Below, in pieces: positions 21,323 to 31,276 of a stretch of 64,000 nucleotides of DNA; position 1 is the first letter of the stretch; each line of letters opens with the position of its first letter. A program made the position numbers and the translations under genes. Source of the DNA: Bacteroidales bacterium (lineage in GTDB: Bacteria; Bacteroidota; Bacteroidia; Bacteroidales; UBA10428); contig JAWOJJ010000096.1 in NCBI GenBank assembly GCA_046481675.1, positions 7,109 through 71,108 on the forward strand. Direction: 5' to 3'. The notes under the pieces were generated by a model. It was not told the origin of the DNA and made no database searches. It saw only the letters and a list, made by a program, of their open reading frames with translations.

Positions 21323-22723
21323 ATGGCCGAAAAGCAAAGGACAGTCGCCAAACCGGTAAGTTTAAAGGGCAAGGGATTGCATTCAGGTGTTGAAGTTGAG
21401 GTGACCATTAATCCTGCCGCGGAAAATTACGGATATCAGTTTAAAAGAACAGATCTGGAAGGAGGTCCTGTAATCAGGGCACTGGCCGAATATGTTAAAA
21501 TAACTGAGCGCAGCACCACCATAGTTGATAAAGGTGCATCCATTACCACGGTTGAACATTTGCTTGCTGCCTTATACGGCCTCGGGGTCGACAATGCCCT
21601 CATGGAAATCAACGGGCCCGAAGTGCCCATTATCGATGGCAGTGCCAAACCATTCGTAGAGGCCATTCTCTCTGCCGGTATCGTGGAACAGGAAGCCGAC
21701 AGGCAATACTTTCAGCTTAAGGAAAAATATGAATACCGCGACAATTCAAAGGGTATTGAAATTATCGGATACCCCGATGACGATCTTTTTATAGACGTTC
21801 ATATTGATTACGATTCCAAAGTAATTGGCCATCAATATGCCTCCCTGAAGGACATCCGGGAATTTGAAACCGGCTTTGCCGCCTGCCGTACCTTTGTATT
21901 TCTACATGAGCTGGAATTTCTTCAGAAAAACAACCTGATCAAGGGAGGCGACCTGGATAATGCCATTGTGATCATGGACCGGCCTGTTTCACAGGAGGAA
22001 ATCGACCGGCTGGCCCAATTGTTTCACAAACCCAGCATCAAAGTAAAACCCGAAGGCATTTTAAATAATGTTGACCTGGCATTCTCCAACGAACCTGCCC
22101 GTCACAAACTTCTTGATGTCATCGGCGACCTGGCCCTTTGCGGTGTCAGGCTGAAAGGCCGCATCATTGCCAATAAACCCGGCCACAATGCCAATGTTGA
22201 GTTTGCCAAAATGCTTCGCAAACAAATTAAAGCCGGTCACAACAAACCGCTCCCTCCTGCCTACGACCCCGATGCTACGCCGCTGTTCGACATCAACCAG
22301 CTTCAGAAAATATTACCCCACAGGAATCCGTTTCTTTTGGTGGACAAGATTATGTATATGGACGAATGGATTGTTACCGGCGTAAAAAATGTAACCATGA
22401 ATGAGGCCTTCTTTGTTGGCCATTTCCCCGAAGAACCCATTATGCCCGGTGTGCTCCAGATAGAAGCTCTTGCCCAGGTTGGCGGTGTGCTTTTGCTCAG
22501 CTCCGTACCCGATCCGGAAAACTACCTGCTGTATTTCATGCGCATCGATACCGTAAGGTTCAAGCGCAAGGTTGTTCCGGGAGACACCCTCAATATCCGC
22601 ATGATCCTTACCGAACCCATCAAGCGTGGAATCGCGCTTTGCCGCGGCGAAGGATTCGTGGGTGAACAAATGGTGATTGAAGCCGCATTTATGGCACAAC
22701 TCGCCAGGAAACCAGGTGCTTAA
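21323..22723 (+). CDS. lpxC: Bifunctional LpxC/FabZ
   Basis: LpxC motifs (GLHSG, TVEHLLAAL, HKLLDVIGDL) fused to FabZ motifs (LPHR.PFLLVD, HFP..PIMPGVLQIEA). Confidence 0.97.
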   Translation: MAEKQRTVAKPVSLKGKGLHSGVEVEVTINPAAENYGYQFKRTDLEGGPVIRALAEYVKITERSTTIVDKGASITTVEHLLAALYGLGVDNALMEINGPEVPIIDGSAKPFVEAILSAGIVEQEADRQYFQLKEKYEYRDNSKGIEIIGYPDDDLFIDVHIDYDSKVIGHQYASLKDIREFETGFAACRTFVFLHELEFLQKNNLIKGGDLDNAIVIMDRPVSQEEIDRLAQLFHKPSIKVKPEGILNNVDLAFSNEPARHKLLDVIGDLALCGVRLKGRIIANKPGHNANVEFAKMLRKQIKAGHNKPLPPAYDPDATPLFDINQLQKILPHRNPFLLVDKIMYMDEWIVTGVKNVTMNEAFFVGHFPEEPIMPGVLQIEALAQVGGVLLLSSVPDPENYLLYFMRIDTVRFKRKVVPGDTLNIRMILTEPIKRGIALCRGEGFVGEQMVIEAAFMAQLARKPGA

Positions 22724-22749
22724 TATGAACTTTAAGACATTATTTCTCA

Positions 22750-23541
22750 ATGAATAACCAAGTATTATATTCCCTGCATCCCGATGCCAAAATCGGCAAA
22801 CAGGTTGAGATCAGCCCCTTCACAACCATTTATGGCGACGTGGTCATTGGCGATAACACCTGGATCGGTCCGAATGTAACCATCATGGATGGCGCACGAA
22901 TTGGTAAAAATTGCCGGATATTCCCGGGTGCAGTTATTTCAGGCATTCCGCAGGATCTGAAATTTCAGGGCGAGGTTACCACTGCTGTCATTGGCGACAA
23001 TACCACCATCCGTGAATTTGTTACAGTCAACCGCGGTACCAAATCAAAAGGCACCACCATCGTCGGAAACGACTGCCTGCTGCAATCTTATGTTCATATT
23101 GCACACGACTGCAATGTGGGCAACCATTGCATCCTTTCAGGATATGTAGGGCTGGGCGGCGAAGTAGTGATTGAAGACTGGGCCATACTGGGCGGCGGAA
23201 GCCTTGTGCATCAGTTTGTCCGCATCGGCAGTCACGCTATGGTTCAGGGAGGCTGCAAGGTGGTTAAAGACGTTCCGCCCTATGTGATGGCCGGAAGAGA
23301 TCCTGTTGTTTATGCCGGGCTGAACCTGGTAGGATTGAGGCGCAGAAATTTCTCCTCCGAAAAAATTCAGGAGCTACAGGAGATCTACCGCACACTTTAC
23401 ATGAAAGGCCTTAATAACTCCGACGCTTTGCGTGCCATTGAAGCCAGCATCCCGCAATGCGAAGAACGCGACCATGTGATGAGTTTTATTAAAAGTTCGG
23501 AAAGGGGTATTATTAAAGGACTCCTTGACGAAGCCGACTGA
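22750..23541 (+). CDS. lpxA: Acyl-ACP--UDP-N-acetylglucosamine O-acyltransferase
   Basis: PQDLKF, IREFVTVNRGT, HIAHDC, VHQF and KDVPPY motifs. Confidence 0.97.
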   Translation: MNNQVLYSLHPDAKIGKQVEISPFTTIYGDVVIGDNTWIGPNVTIMDGARIGKNCRIFPGAVISGIPQDLKFQGEVTTAVIGDNTTIREFVTVNRGTKSKGTTIVGNDCLLQSYVHIAHDCNVGNHCILSGYVGLGGEVVIEDWAILGGGSLVHQFVRIGSHAMVQGGCKVVKDVPPYVMAGRDPVVYAGLNLVGLRRRNFSSEKIQELQEIYRTLYMKGLNNSDALRAIEASIPQCEERDHVMSFIKSSERGIIKGLLDEAD

Positions 23542-23545
23542 CTGA

Positions 23546-24586
23546 TCAGCCCAGCGCGTTCCACCCCTGAGCCTGCAGGGAAATAACACTGCCGTGTGAA
23601 TCAACCATTCGGGCACCCTCTGCGGCATCAACCACATGCCCGATGATGGAAATTTCCTTCCTGTTTCCTATCTGGTCAAACCGGCTCACCGGAACAGTAA
23701 AAAGTAATTCATAATCCTCTCCCCCGTTCAGGGCTGCAATAAGCGGATCAACCCCAAATTCCTGCGAAATCCTGCGGGTTTCCTCATGAACAGGCACCTT
23801 GTCGGAATATATCTTACATCCCCTGCCCGATTGCTCACAGATATGCATCAGCTCCGATGACAACCCGTCAGAAATATCAATCATCGAGGTTGGCTTTAAA
23901 CCCAATTCCTTAAACAGGGCTATAATGTCTTTTCGTGCTTCGGGCTTGAGCTGCCTCTCCAACACATAGTCATATCCCATCAGGGCAGGCTGCATATCCT
24001 GATGCTTCTCAAACATCACCCGCTCCCGCTCAAGCACCTGCAATCCGATATAAGCACCTCCCAGGTCTCCGGAAACACAAATCAGGTCATTGATCCCTGC
24101 ACCCGAGCGGTAAACCAGCTCCTCATCAGCGGCATCACCCACCACGGTAAGACTGAGCACCAACCCCGTCATTGATGAAGTGGTATCGCCACCCACCAGA
24201 TCCACCCCGTATTGCTCACATGCCAGCCTGATTCCGGCATATATTTCTTCTACCATACTCAGTTTGAACTTGGCCGACAGGGCCATGGAAACAAGTAACT
24301 GCCGGGGCTGTGCATTCATGGCATATACATCCGAAAAATTAACCACCGCAGCCTTGTACCCCAAATGCTTCAACGGAGTGTATACCAGGTTGAAATGAAC
24401 ACCTTCTGCAAGCATGTCGGTGGAAATCACTGCCTTTCTGCTGCCAAAACCAAGCACCGCAGCATCATCCCCCACTCCCTTAATGGTGCTTTCATTCCGG
24501 TTCACCATATCCTTCGTCAGATGCCTGATCAGCCCGAACTCTCCCAGGCCCGAAATTTCATCACTTTGTAACTTCCCCTTATTCAT
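23546..24586 (-). CDS. thiL: Thiamine-monophosphate kinase
   Basis: GEFGLI, GDDAAV, TDML.EGVHF, N.SD.YAMNA, GGDT, IDISDGL and GGEDYELLFT motifs. Confidence 0.96.
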   Translation of the reverse strand: MNKGKLQSDEISGLGEFGLIRHLTKDMVNRNESTIKGVGDDAAVLGFGSRKAVISTDMLAEGVHFNLVYTPLKHLGYKAAVVNFSDVYAMNAQPRQLLVSMALSAKFKLSMVEEIYAGIRLACEQYGVDLVGGDTTSSMTGLVLSLTVVGDAADEELVYRSGAGINDLICVSGDLGGAYIGLQVLERERVMFEKHQDMQPALMGYDYVLERQLKPEARKDIIALFKELGLKPTSMIDISDGLSSELMHICEQSGRGCKIYSDKVPVHEETRRISQEFGVDPLIAALNGGEDYELLFTVPVSRFDQIGNRKEISIIGHVVDAAEGARMVDSHGSVISLQAQGWNALG

Positions 24587-24636
24587 ATTACAGCCTAAAA
24601 CGCAGCAAATATCAGTATAAATTGATACAGATTTAG

Positions 24637-24669
24637 TATATTTGTCGCTATTTAGAATTAGTCTAAATA
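24637..24669 (+). promoter_or_regulatory. suf promoter (-7 TATATTTG) with adjacent Fur-like operator
   Basis: TATATTTG at 24637-24644, immediately followed by the perfect inverted repeat TATTTAGA-ATTAG-TCTAAATA (24649-24669). Confidence 0.72.
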
Positions 24670-24709
24670 CATTGATTGATTAGTCTTTGTGCTATAAACA
24701 ATTGTTTTC

Positions 24710-26158
24710 ATGGAAGAATCACAGGATAATCTGCTGAATGAGGTTACCGGCGGTGTATACAAATATGGCTTCATTACCGATATTGACACAGAAACCATAC
24801 CCAAAGGGCTGAATGAAGATGTGGTCCGTTTGATTTCGGCAAAAAAAAACGAGCCTGAATTTATGCTGGAATTCCGGCTTAAAGCCTTCAGGCACTGGCA
24901 AACGATGAAAATGCCCACCTGGGCTCATCTCACCATACCCGAGATCAATTACCAGGACATCATTTTCTACGCCGCACCAGTGCAGAAAGCAGGTCCGGCA
25001 AGTCTGGATGAGGTGGACCCCGAATTATTAAGTACCTTCAACAAGCTTGGCATTCCGCTCGAAGAGCAGAAACTGCTCACCGGAGTTGCAGTGGATGCCG
25101 TAATGGACAGCATCTCGGTTAAAACCACCTTTCGCGAATCACTCGCTGAACAGGGTATCATTTTTTGCTCCATGAGCGAGGCCATTCGTGAGTACCCCGA
25201 GCTGGTAAAAAAATACCTGGGTACCGTGGTGCCTTACACCGACAATTACTTTGCAACCCTGAACTCTGCGGTCTTCAGTGATGGTTCGTTTTGCTATATT
25301 CCCAAAGGAGTGCGTTGCCCCATGGAACTCTCCACCTATTTCCGGATCAACGCAGCCAATACAGGCCAGTTTGAGCGCACCCTGCTGGTAGCCGATGACG
25401 ACAGCTATGTGAGCTACCTGGAAGGCTGCACTGCTCCTATGCGCGATGAAAACCAGCTGCATGCCGCAGTTGTGGAAATTGTGGCCATGGAAAATGCGGA
25501 AGTGAAGTATTCCACCGTGCAGAACTGGTACCCCGGCGACAAAAACGGCAAGGGAGGCATTTACAACTTTGTTACCAAACGCGGAATTTGCAAGGGTGAC
25601 CATTCTAAAATCTCCTGGACCCAGGTTGAAACCGGATCCGCAATTACCTGGAAGTACCCCAGCTGCATCCTGCGCGGAAACAACACCACCGGTGAGTTTT
25701 ATTCGGTAGCCGTTACCAACAACTACCAGCAGGCCGACACCGGCACAAAAATGATCCATATAGGGAAAAACAGCCGCAGCACCATCATATCCAAGGGAAT
25801 TTCAGCCGGACACGGCCAGAACAGCTTCCGGAGCCTGGTGAAAGTGCTGAAGTCGGCCGGTAACGTAAGGAATTTTACCCAGTGCGACTCCATGCTCATG
25901 GGCGACAAATGCGGTGCACACACCTTCCCTTATATCGAAGTGGAAAACCCGTCTGCTGTAATCGAACATGAAGCCACTACTTCAAAAATAGGGGAAGATC
26001 AGATATTCTATTGCAACCAGCGCGGAATTGACACCGAAAATGCTGTGGGTCTGATTATCAATGGCTATGCCCGCGAAGTGCTGAACAAACTGCCCATGGA
26101 ATTTGCCGTGGAAGCCCAGAAATTATTGCAGATCAGCCTGGAAGGCAGCGTAGGATGA
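24710..26158 (+). CDS. sufB: Fe-S cluster assembly protein SufB
   Basis: [46 protein letters not shown] and ISLEGSVG motifs. Confidence 0.98.
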   Translation: MEESQDNLLNEVTGGVYKYGFITDIDTETIPKGLNEDVVRLISAKKNEPEFMLEFRLKAFRHWQTMKMPTWAHLTIPEINYQDIIFYAAPVQKAGPASLDEVDPELLSTFNKLGIPLEEQKLLTGVAVDAVMDSISVKTTFRESLAEQGIIFCSMSEAIREYPELVKKYLGTVVPYTDNYFATLNSAVFSDGSFCYIPKGVRCPMELSTYFRINAANTGQFERTLLVADDDSYVSYLEGCTAPMRDENQLHAAVVEIVAMENAEVKYSTVQNWYPGDKNGKGGIYNFVTKRGICKGDHSKISWTQVETGSAITWKYPSCILRGNNTTGEFYSVAVTNNYQQADTGTKMIHIGKNSRSTIISKGISAGHGQNSFRSLVKVLKSAGNVRNFTQCDSMLMGDKCGAHTFPYIEVENPSAVIEHEATTSKIGEDQIFYCNQRGIDTENAVGLIINGYAREVLNKLPMEFAVEAQKLLQISLEGSVG

Positions 26159-26169
26159 TTGTAGAGGGA

Positions 26170-26195
26170 TAGGGACAGTCGCGACCTGTCCGTAC
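26170..26195. repeat. GTAG-type REP-like palindrome between sufB and sufC
   Basis: TAGGGACAGTCGCGACCTGTCCGTAC is an imperfect palindrome with GGACAG/CTGTCC arms around a self-complementary GTCGCGAC core. Confidence 0.55.
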
Positions 26196-26219
26196 TAAAT
26201 AGATTAATTATTATTGTTT

Positions 26220-26969
26220 ATGTTACAAATTAAAGATTTACACGTTTCCATCGACGGCAAGGAAATCCTCAAGGGAATTAACCTGGAAGTTAAAGCCGGA
26301 GAAGTTCATGCCATAATGGGCCCCAACGGTTCCGGTAAAAGCACCCTGGCTGCCGCATTGGCCGGAAGGGATATGTTTGAAATCACCAGCGGATCGGTTA
26401 CTTATTTGAACGAAAATCTGCTTGAGATGAATCCCGAGGACAGAGCCCGCAGGGGTTTGTTCCTGGGCTTCCAATACCCCGTTGAAATACCGGGTGTTTC
26501 CATTGTTAACTTCATGAAAACCGCCATCAATGAACACCGGAAATTCAAAGGCCTCGACCCGATCTCCGCTTCCGATTTCCTGAAACTAATGCGCGAGAAA
26601 AAAGATCTGGTCGGACTCACCAGCAGCCTCACCAACCGCTCTGTAAATGAAGGCTTCTCAGGCGGTGAAAAAAAGAAAAACGAAATATTTCAGATGGCCA
26701 TGCTGGAACCCACCCTGGCCATACTCGATGAAACCGATTCGGGACTGGATATTGACGCCCTCCGGATTGTTGCCCAGGGTGTTAACAAACTGCGCCGGAA
26801 TGACAACGCCACCATAGTGATTACCCATTATCAACGCCTGCTTGAACACATTGTTCCCGATTTTGTACACGTATTATATAAAGGAAAGATTGTCAAATCA
26901 AGCGGCAGGGAACTCGCTCTTGAACTCGAGGAAAAGGGCTACGACTGGATTAAGGAGGATAACGAATAA
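26220..26969 (+). CDS. sufC: Fe-S cluster assembly ATPase SufC
   Basis: GPNGSGKST, FQYPVEIPGV, NEGFSGGEKK, LDETDSGLD and ITHYQRLL motifs. Confidence 0.98.
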   Translation: MLQIKDLHVSIDGKEILKGINLEVKAGEVHAIMGPNGSGKSTLAAALAGRDMFEITSGSVTYLNENLLEMNPEDRARRGLFLGFQYPVEIPGVSIVNFMKTAINEHRKFKGLDPISASDFLKLMREKKDLVGLTSSLTNRSVNEGFSGGEKKKNEIFQMAMLEPTLAILDETDSGLDIDALRIVAQGVNKLRRNDNATIVITHYQRLLEHIVPDFVHVLYKGKIVKSSGRELALELEEKGYDWIKEDNE

Positions 26970-26983
26970 ATGTCTTTTGACTT

Positions 26984-28345
26984 ATGAATGACTCTGTTTC
27001 TGTTGCAATGAAAAGTGATCTGATCGGCTTGTTTGAGAAAAGCAACGGCGAACTGGAATCCGGATCAGGACATGTCATTAATTTTCACAGGGAAAAGGCC
27101 TTAAGCGACTTCGAAAGGCTGGGAATTCCTACCACAAAAAATGAGAATTACCGGTACACACCGCTCGAGCAGTACTTCAACGGGCAATATGAAGTGGAAC
27201 TCAGCCCCAATCCATTAAAAATTGACATCAGAAGCATCTTCAAATGCGATGTGCCCGAACTCGACACCCATGTGGTATTGGTTTTAAACGGGTTCTTTGC
27301 TGCCGGTTTGCAGGTCAACGGCCTGCCCGATGGTGTTGTTGCCTGCAGCCTGAGTGAGGCTTCTGTTAAATATCCCGGCCTTTTTGAGGCTCATTACTCG
27401 AAATATGCCGATACTTCGGTTGACGGCCTTGTGGCACTCAATACCCTTTTTGCCCAGGATGGCGTTTTCGTTTATATACCGAAAAATGTAACGGTTAAGA
27501 AACCCATTCAGATTATCAACCTGAGCCACTCTTTCAAAAACCTGAGGATCACCAGGCGCAACCTGATTGTTGCTGAAGAAAACAGCACTTGTGATATTGT
27601 GGTTTGTGATCACTCCCTTTGCAACCACAGCTACCTGACCAATTCACTTACCGAAATCCATACCGGAAAGAACGCCTCGCTGAACTTTGACAGGCTCCAG
27701 AACGAAAACAGCCGGTCAACCCAAATCAACAACCTTTTCATTCACCAGCTCGAAAACAGCCGGTTCAGCAGCAACAGCATTTCGCTGCATGGCGGACTCA
27801 TCCGCAACAGCTTTTATGTAACCCTGGATGGCACGGGAGCCGAAGCCAACCTGAACGGACTTTTTCTTTGTGACGACCGGCAACACGTGGCCAATTTTGT
27901 GCTGATGGACCACGCCAGCCCGCTTTGCACCTCCAACCAGCTTTTTAAGGGAATCCTCGATGAAGAAGCTACCGGTGCCTTTAACGGAAAAATCCTGGTG
28001 CGGAAAGACGCCCAGAAAACCCAGGCATACCAGAAAAATAACAACATTCTGCTGTCTTCCACCGCGAGAATGAATACCAAGCCGCACCTCGAAATCTATG
28101 CCGATGACGTGAAGTGCAGCCATGGGGCAACTGTGGGCCAGCTCGACAAGGATGCCCTTTTCTACCTGCGTTCACGCGGCATTCCTGAAACCGAGGCCCG
28201 GCACCTGCTCATGTACGCCTTCGCCAACGAAATAGTGAGCCGCATTTCAATTCCGGTTTTAAAGGAAAGAATCATTGACCTGGTCGACAAAAGGCTGAAA
28301 GGCGAACTATCCAAATGCAACGACTGCAACATCCATTGCGGGTAA
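26984..28345 (+). CDS. sufD: Fe-S cluster assembly protein SufD
   Basis: PTTKNENYRYT, FNGKILV..DAQKT, PHLEIYADDVKCSHGAT and FYLRSRGI motifs. Confidence 0.96.
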   Translation: MNDSVSVAMKSDLIGLFEKSNGELESGSGHVINFHREKALSDFERLGIPTTKNENYRYTPLEQYFNGQYEVELSPNPLKIDIRSIFKCDVPELDTHVVLVLNGFFAAGLQVNGLPDGVVACSLSEASVKYPGLFEAHYSKYADTSVDGLVALNTLFAQDGVFVYIPKNVTVKKPIQIINLSHSFKNLRITRRNLIVAEENSTCDIVVCDHSLCNHSYLTNSLTEIHTGKNASLNFDRLQNENSRSTQINNLFIHQLENSRFSSNSISLHGGLIRNSFYVTLDGTGAEANLNGLFLCDDRQHVANFVLMDHASPLCTSNQLFKGILDEEATGAFNGKILVRKDAQKTQAYQKNNNILLSSTARMNTKPHLEIYADDVKCSHGATVGQLDKDALFYLRSRGIPETEARHLLMYAFANEIVSRISIPVLKERIIDLVDKRLKGELSKCNDCNIHCG

Positions 28346-28356
28346 AAATGTTTTCC

Positions 28357-29577
28357 ATGAGCTTCAACATTGATCAAATACGTAAAGATTTTCCCATACT
28401 CAGCCGACAGGTATATAACCGGCCCCTGGTTTATTTTGATAACGGCGCCACAACACAGAAGCCCCGGTGTGTGATCGACTGCATTAACGATTATCACATG
28501 CAACGCAACAGCAGCATCCACCGCGGAGTTCACTACCTGAGCGAACAGGCTACGGAAGATTATGAAAATGCCCGGAAAACAGTGCAGCACTTCATCAATG
28601 CAGCATCATCCAATGAAATTATATTCACCCCCGGAACCACTTCCTCTATTAACGGACTGGCCTTCTCGTTTGGTGAAAGATACATCTGTGAAGGCGATGA
28701 AATCATTGTTACCGAAATGGAACACCATGCCAACATTGTCCCCTGGCAAATGCTCTGCGATCGCAAAAAATCCAGGCTCCGGGTAATCCCGTTTTCAGAT
28801 GAAGGCGTCCTCAGGATGGAAGAACTCCACCGGATGATCAATGAAAAAACAAGGCTGATCTGTGTCATTCATGTTTCCAACGCGCTGGGAACCATTAATC
28901 CTGTAAATGAAATAATCCAAAAAGCACATCAGCACAACATCCCTGTTCTGGTTGACGGTGCCCAATCGGTACAGCACACTTCAGTTGATGTTCAACAGAT
29001 GGATTGCGATTTTTTTGCGTTTTCAGGACATAAAATTTACGCCCCAACAGGTATCGGCATTCTTTACGGCAAGGAAAAATGGCTCGAAGAACTGCCGCCT
29101 TTCCAGGGAGGCGGAGATATGGTGGACGTGGTTACCTTTGAAAAAACAACCTATAACACCCTTCCATTCAAATTCGAAGCAGGTACACCCAATTATATAG
29201 GAGCAATCGGACTGGCCAGGGCACTGGATTACATCACCAGCCTGGGAATTGATAATATTGCACAGCATGAAGCAACACTTTTGCACCAGGGAACTGAGAA
29301 ACTGCTTAACCTGGGATGTGTGAAACTATATGGAACTGCACCTCATAAAAGCTCAATCCTCTCGTTCACCGTCAACGGAGTGCATCCCTATGATACCGGC
29401 ATGGTCCTCGATAAAATGGGCATAGCCGTGCGAACAGGAACCCACTGCGCACAACCTGTTATGCAGCATTACGGCATCGAAGGCACCGTAAGGGCCTCAC
29501 TGGCACTCTATAACACTGCCCCGGAAATCGATGCCCTGGTTGAGGGCGTGAAAAAGGTGAAAACCATGTTTGGCTAA
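28357..29577 (+). CDS. sufS: Cysteine desulfurase SufS
   Basis: YFDNGATTQKP, EHHANIVPW, FSGHK, FEAGTP and RTGTHCAQP motifs. The start is probably ATG 28348 or 28357 rather than 28315. Confidence 0.96.
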   Translation: MSFNIDQIRKDFPILSRQVYNRPLVYFDNGATTQKPRCVIDCINDYHMQRNSSIHRGVHYLSEQATEDYENARKTVQHFINAASSNEIIFTPGTTSSINGLAFSFGERYICEGDEIIVTEMEHHANIVPWQMLCDRKKSRLRVIPFSDEGVLRMEELHRMINEKTRLICVIHVSNALGTINPVNEIIQKAHQHNIPVLVDGAQSVQHTSVDVQQMDCDFFAFSGHKIYAPTGIGILYGKEKWLEELPPFQGGGDMVDVVTFEKTTYNTLPFKFEAGTPNYIGAIGLARALDYITSLGIDNIAQHEATLLHQGTEKLLNLGCVKLYGTAPHKSSILSFTVNGVHPYDTGMVLDKMGIAVRTGTHCAQPVMQHYGIEGTVRASLALYNTAPEIDALVEGVKKVKTMFG

Positions 29578-29627
29578 TTTTCGTATATTCACAACCAATT
29601 TTTAAGTCAATTGTTAATGCTATACAT

Positions 29628-30053
29628 GTGAAGAGTATCACCGACATTCAGAACGAAATCATTGAGGAATTCGGAGTATATGACGACTGGATGGACAAAT
29701 ACAACTACCTGATCGAAATCAGCAGGGAGTTGCCCGTCATTGATCCCAAACTGAAATTAAAAGAGAACCTGATCAGCGGATGCCAGTCGAAAGTTTGGCT
29801 CAATGCCGAATACAACCAGGGAAAGATTGATTTCAGCGCTGACAGTGATGCCATTATAACAAAGGGAATAGTTGCCTTGCTGATCCGGGTGTTATCAGGC
29901 AGAACACCGGCAGAAATCCTGAATGTGGACCTTTATTTTATCGACCGCATCGGGCTGCGTCAGAATCTGTCGCCTACCCGTTCAAACGGGCTGCTTTCCA
30001 TGATCAAACAAATGAAATTGTATGCACTGGCTTACCAAACGAAGTACCAATAG
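29628..30053 (+). CDS. sufE: SufE sulfur acceptor
   Basis: GCQSKVW, ADSDAIITKG and LSPTRSNGL motifs. Confidence 0.95.
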   Translation: MKSITDIQNEIIEEFGVYDDWMDKYNYLIEISRELPVIDPKLKLKENLISGCQSKVWLNAEYNQGKIDFSADSDAIITKGIVALLIRVLSGRTPAEILNVDLYFIDRIGLRQNLSPTRSNGLLSMIKQMKLYALAYQTKYQ

Positions 30054-30058
30054 AAGAA

Positions 30059-30165
30059 GCCGTTGGCCATTGGCCTTTAGCCTTTAGCTAAAAGCTACGA
30101 GCTAATAGCTAATAGCTAATAGCCAACAGCTAATAGCTAACAGCTAATAGCCAACAGCCAAAAGC
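30059..30165. repeat. Fold-back heptamer array A (4 x GCYNTTR then 11 x GCYAANA)
   Basis: gccgttg gccattg gccttta gccttta | gctaaaa gctacga gctaata x3 gccaaca gctaata gctaaca gctaata gccaaca gccaaaa, in an unbroken 7-bp register. Confidence 0.9.
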
Positions 30166-30175
30166 ATTCACTACC

Positions 30176-30499
30176 ATGCCACAAAACGAAAACATATTAT
30201 CCCTCGAGGTTGAGATCGTAAACACGCTCAAAAACATTTTCGATCCCGAAATTCCGGTGAATATTTATGACCTGGGCTTGATTTATGACATTGAAACCGA
30301 CGAACAGCAGCATGTGAAAATCACCATGACGCTGACTGCCCCCAATTGTCCGGTTGCCGACGTGCTTCCGAATGAAATCAAAGAAAAAGTGGAATCCATT
30401 CCCGGAGTTGCCGGTGTGGACGTCAACCTGGTCTTCGATCCACCCTGGGACCAGTCGATGATGTCGGAAGAAGCCCTTTTTGAGCTGGGTATGCTTTAG
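30176..30499 (+). CDS. sufT: DUF59/SufT (PaaD-like) Fe-S assembly protein
   Basis: DPEIPVNIYDLGLIY, MTLTAPNCP and LVFDPPW...MMSEEA motifs, last gene of the suf operon. Confidence 0.9.
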   Translation: MPQNENILSLEVEIVNTLKNIFDPEIPVNIYDLGLIYDIETDEQQHVKITMTLTAPNCPVADVLPNEIKEKVESIPGVAGVDVNLVFDPPWDQSMMSEEALFELGML

Positions 30500-30569
30500 T
30501 TTACTTTAACAATTTTTAATGGTGTATCGGAATGATTTTTGTAGTATATTTGTATTCAATGTTAAGCCT

Positions 30570-30944
30570 ATGAAAAAATTATTACCCTTATTAGCCATAT
30601 TCATTATGTGGGCTTCAACGGCATGGGGCAGCAGTTTGCCGCCTTATTCCGAATACCATTCATTGCATCCGTTCTACATTTCGGAAGAGTTTGACCAGCC
30701 TGAAAAAGAAATTGAGATATTTCCCAACCCGGTTACCGAAGGCAGGCTGACCATCAAATCATCCGAAAGCTTCCGTTCTGTTCAGATTATGAATATTACG
30801 GGCGAAATCGTGTTTTCACAGGACTATCCTTCAGGATCCACGTCTGAAGTGATCGAGCTCGATAAACTGCAAAAAGGTATTTACCTGGTCAGAATTGGCT
30901 TTTCAGCCAAGGTTACCCACACCGAAAAAATTATGCTCAAGTAG
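30570..30944 (+). CDS. Small T9SS type-A CTD protein (signal peptide plus CTD, almost no passenger)
   Basis: Signal peptide MKKLLPLLAIFIMWASTAWG and CTD motifs IFPNPV, I.NITG..V, L.KGIYLVRI and TEKIMLK. The -7 element TATATTTG at 30545 favours ATG 30570. Confidence 0.85.
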   Translation: MKKLLPLLAIFIMWASTAWGSSLPPYSEYHSLHPFYISEEFDQPEKEIEIFPNPVTEGRLTIKSSESFRSVQIMNITGEIVFSQDYPSGSTSEVIELDKLQKGIYLVRIGFSAKVTHTEKIMLK

Positions 30945-31003
30945 GCCGCAATAATTTGGCGACCGCCCTCAACATTTCCAATTGACAATCTGTATAATGC
31001 GCC

Positions 31004-31026
31004 AGGCGTAGTATGTAACTACGCCT
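31004..31026. repeat. 23-bp palindrome, REP-like (copy 2)
   Basis: AGGCGTAGTATGTAACTACGCCT is 21/23 identical to 2633-2655 and contains the stop codon of the DMT ORF. Confidence 0.65.
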
Positions 31027-31276
31027 TAAACATGAAGTATACCGCCCCGATCATACAAATCCCCGCGTACAGGTAATTGGTTTTCAAAGGCTCCTTGAGG
31101 TACAGCAGGCTAAACGGTATGAATACACTCAAAGTGATCACTTCCTGAATTATTTTTAACTGCCCTACGGTCATCTGGCTTGCCCCAGCCCTATTGGTAG
31201 GCACCTGGATCAGGTATTCAAACAGCGCAATCCCCCAACTCAGTAAAGCTGCAATAAAAGAATGCTGCACCATCAT
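31019..31276 (-). pseudogene. DMT-superfamily (DUF486-like) membrane protein, apparently 5'-truncated
   Basis: SWGIALFEY.IQVP.NR and QLKIIQEVITL.VF are typical of DUF486. The first TM segment (SN.FMTFAWY.HL) is missing, with an in-frame TGA at 31291-31289. Confidence 0.55.

Noticed and set aside
21323-22723. LpxC-FabZ fusion as a novelty
   Set aside because: It is a standard Bacteroidota feature.
24587-24709. TPP riboswitch upstream of thiL
   Set aside because: The spacer is short and AT-rich with no aptamer consensus, and is occupied by the suf promoter and operator.
30059-30165. Heptamer arrays (also 45672, 54975, 60559) as CRISPR arrays
   Set aside because: They are 7-bp tandem units with no unique spacers, no 23-47-bp repeats and no cas genes.
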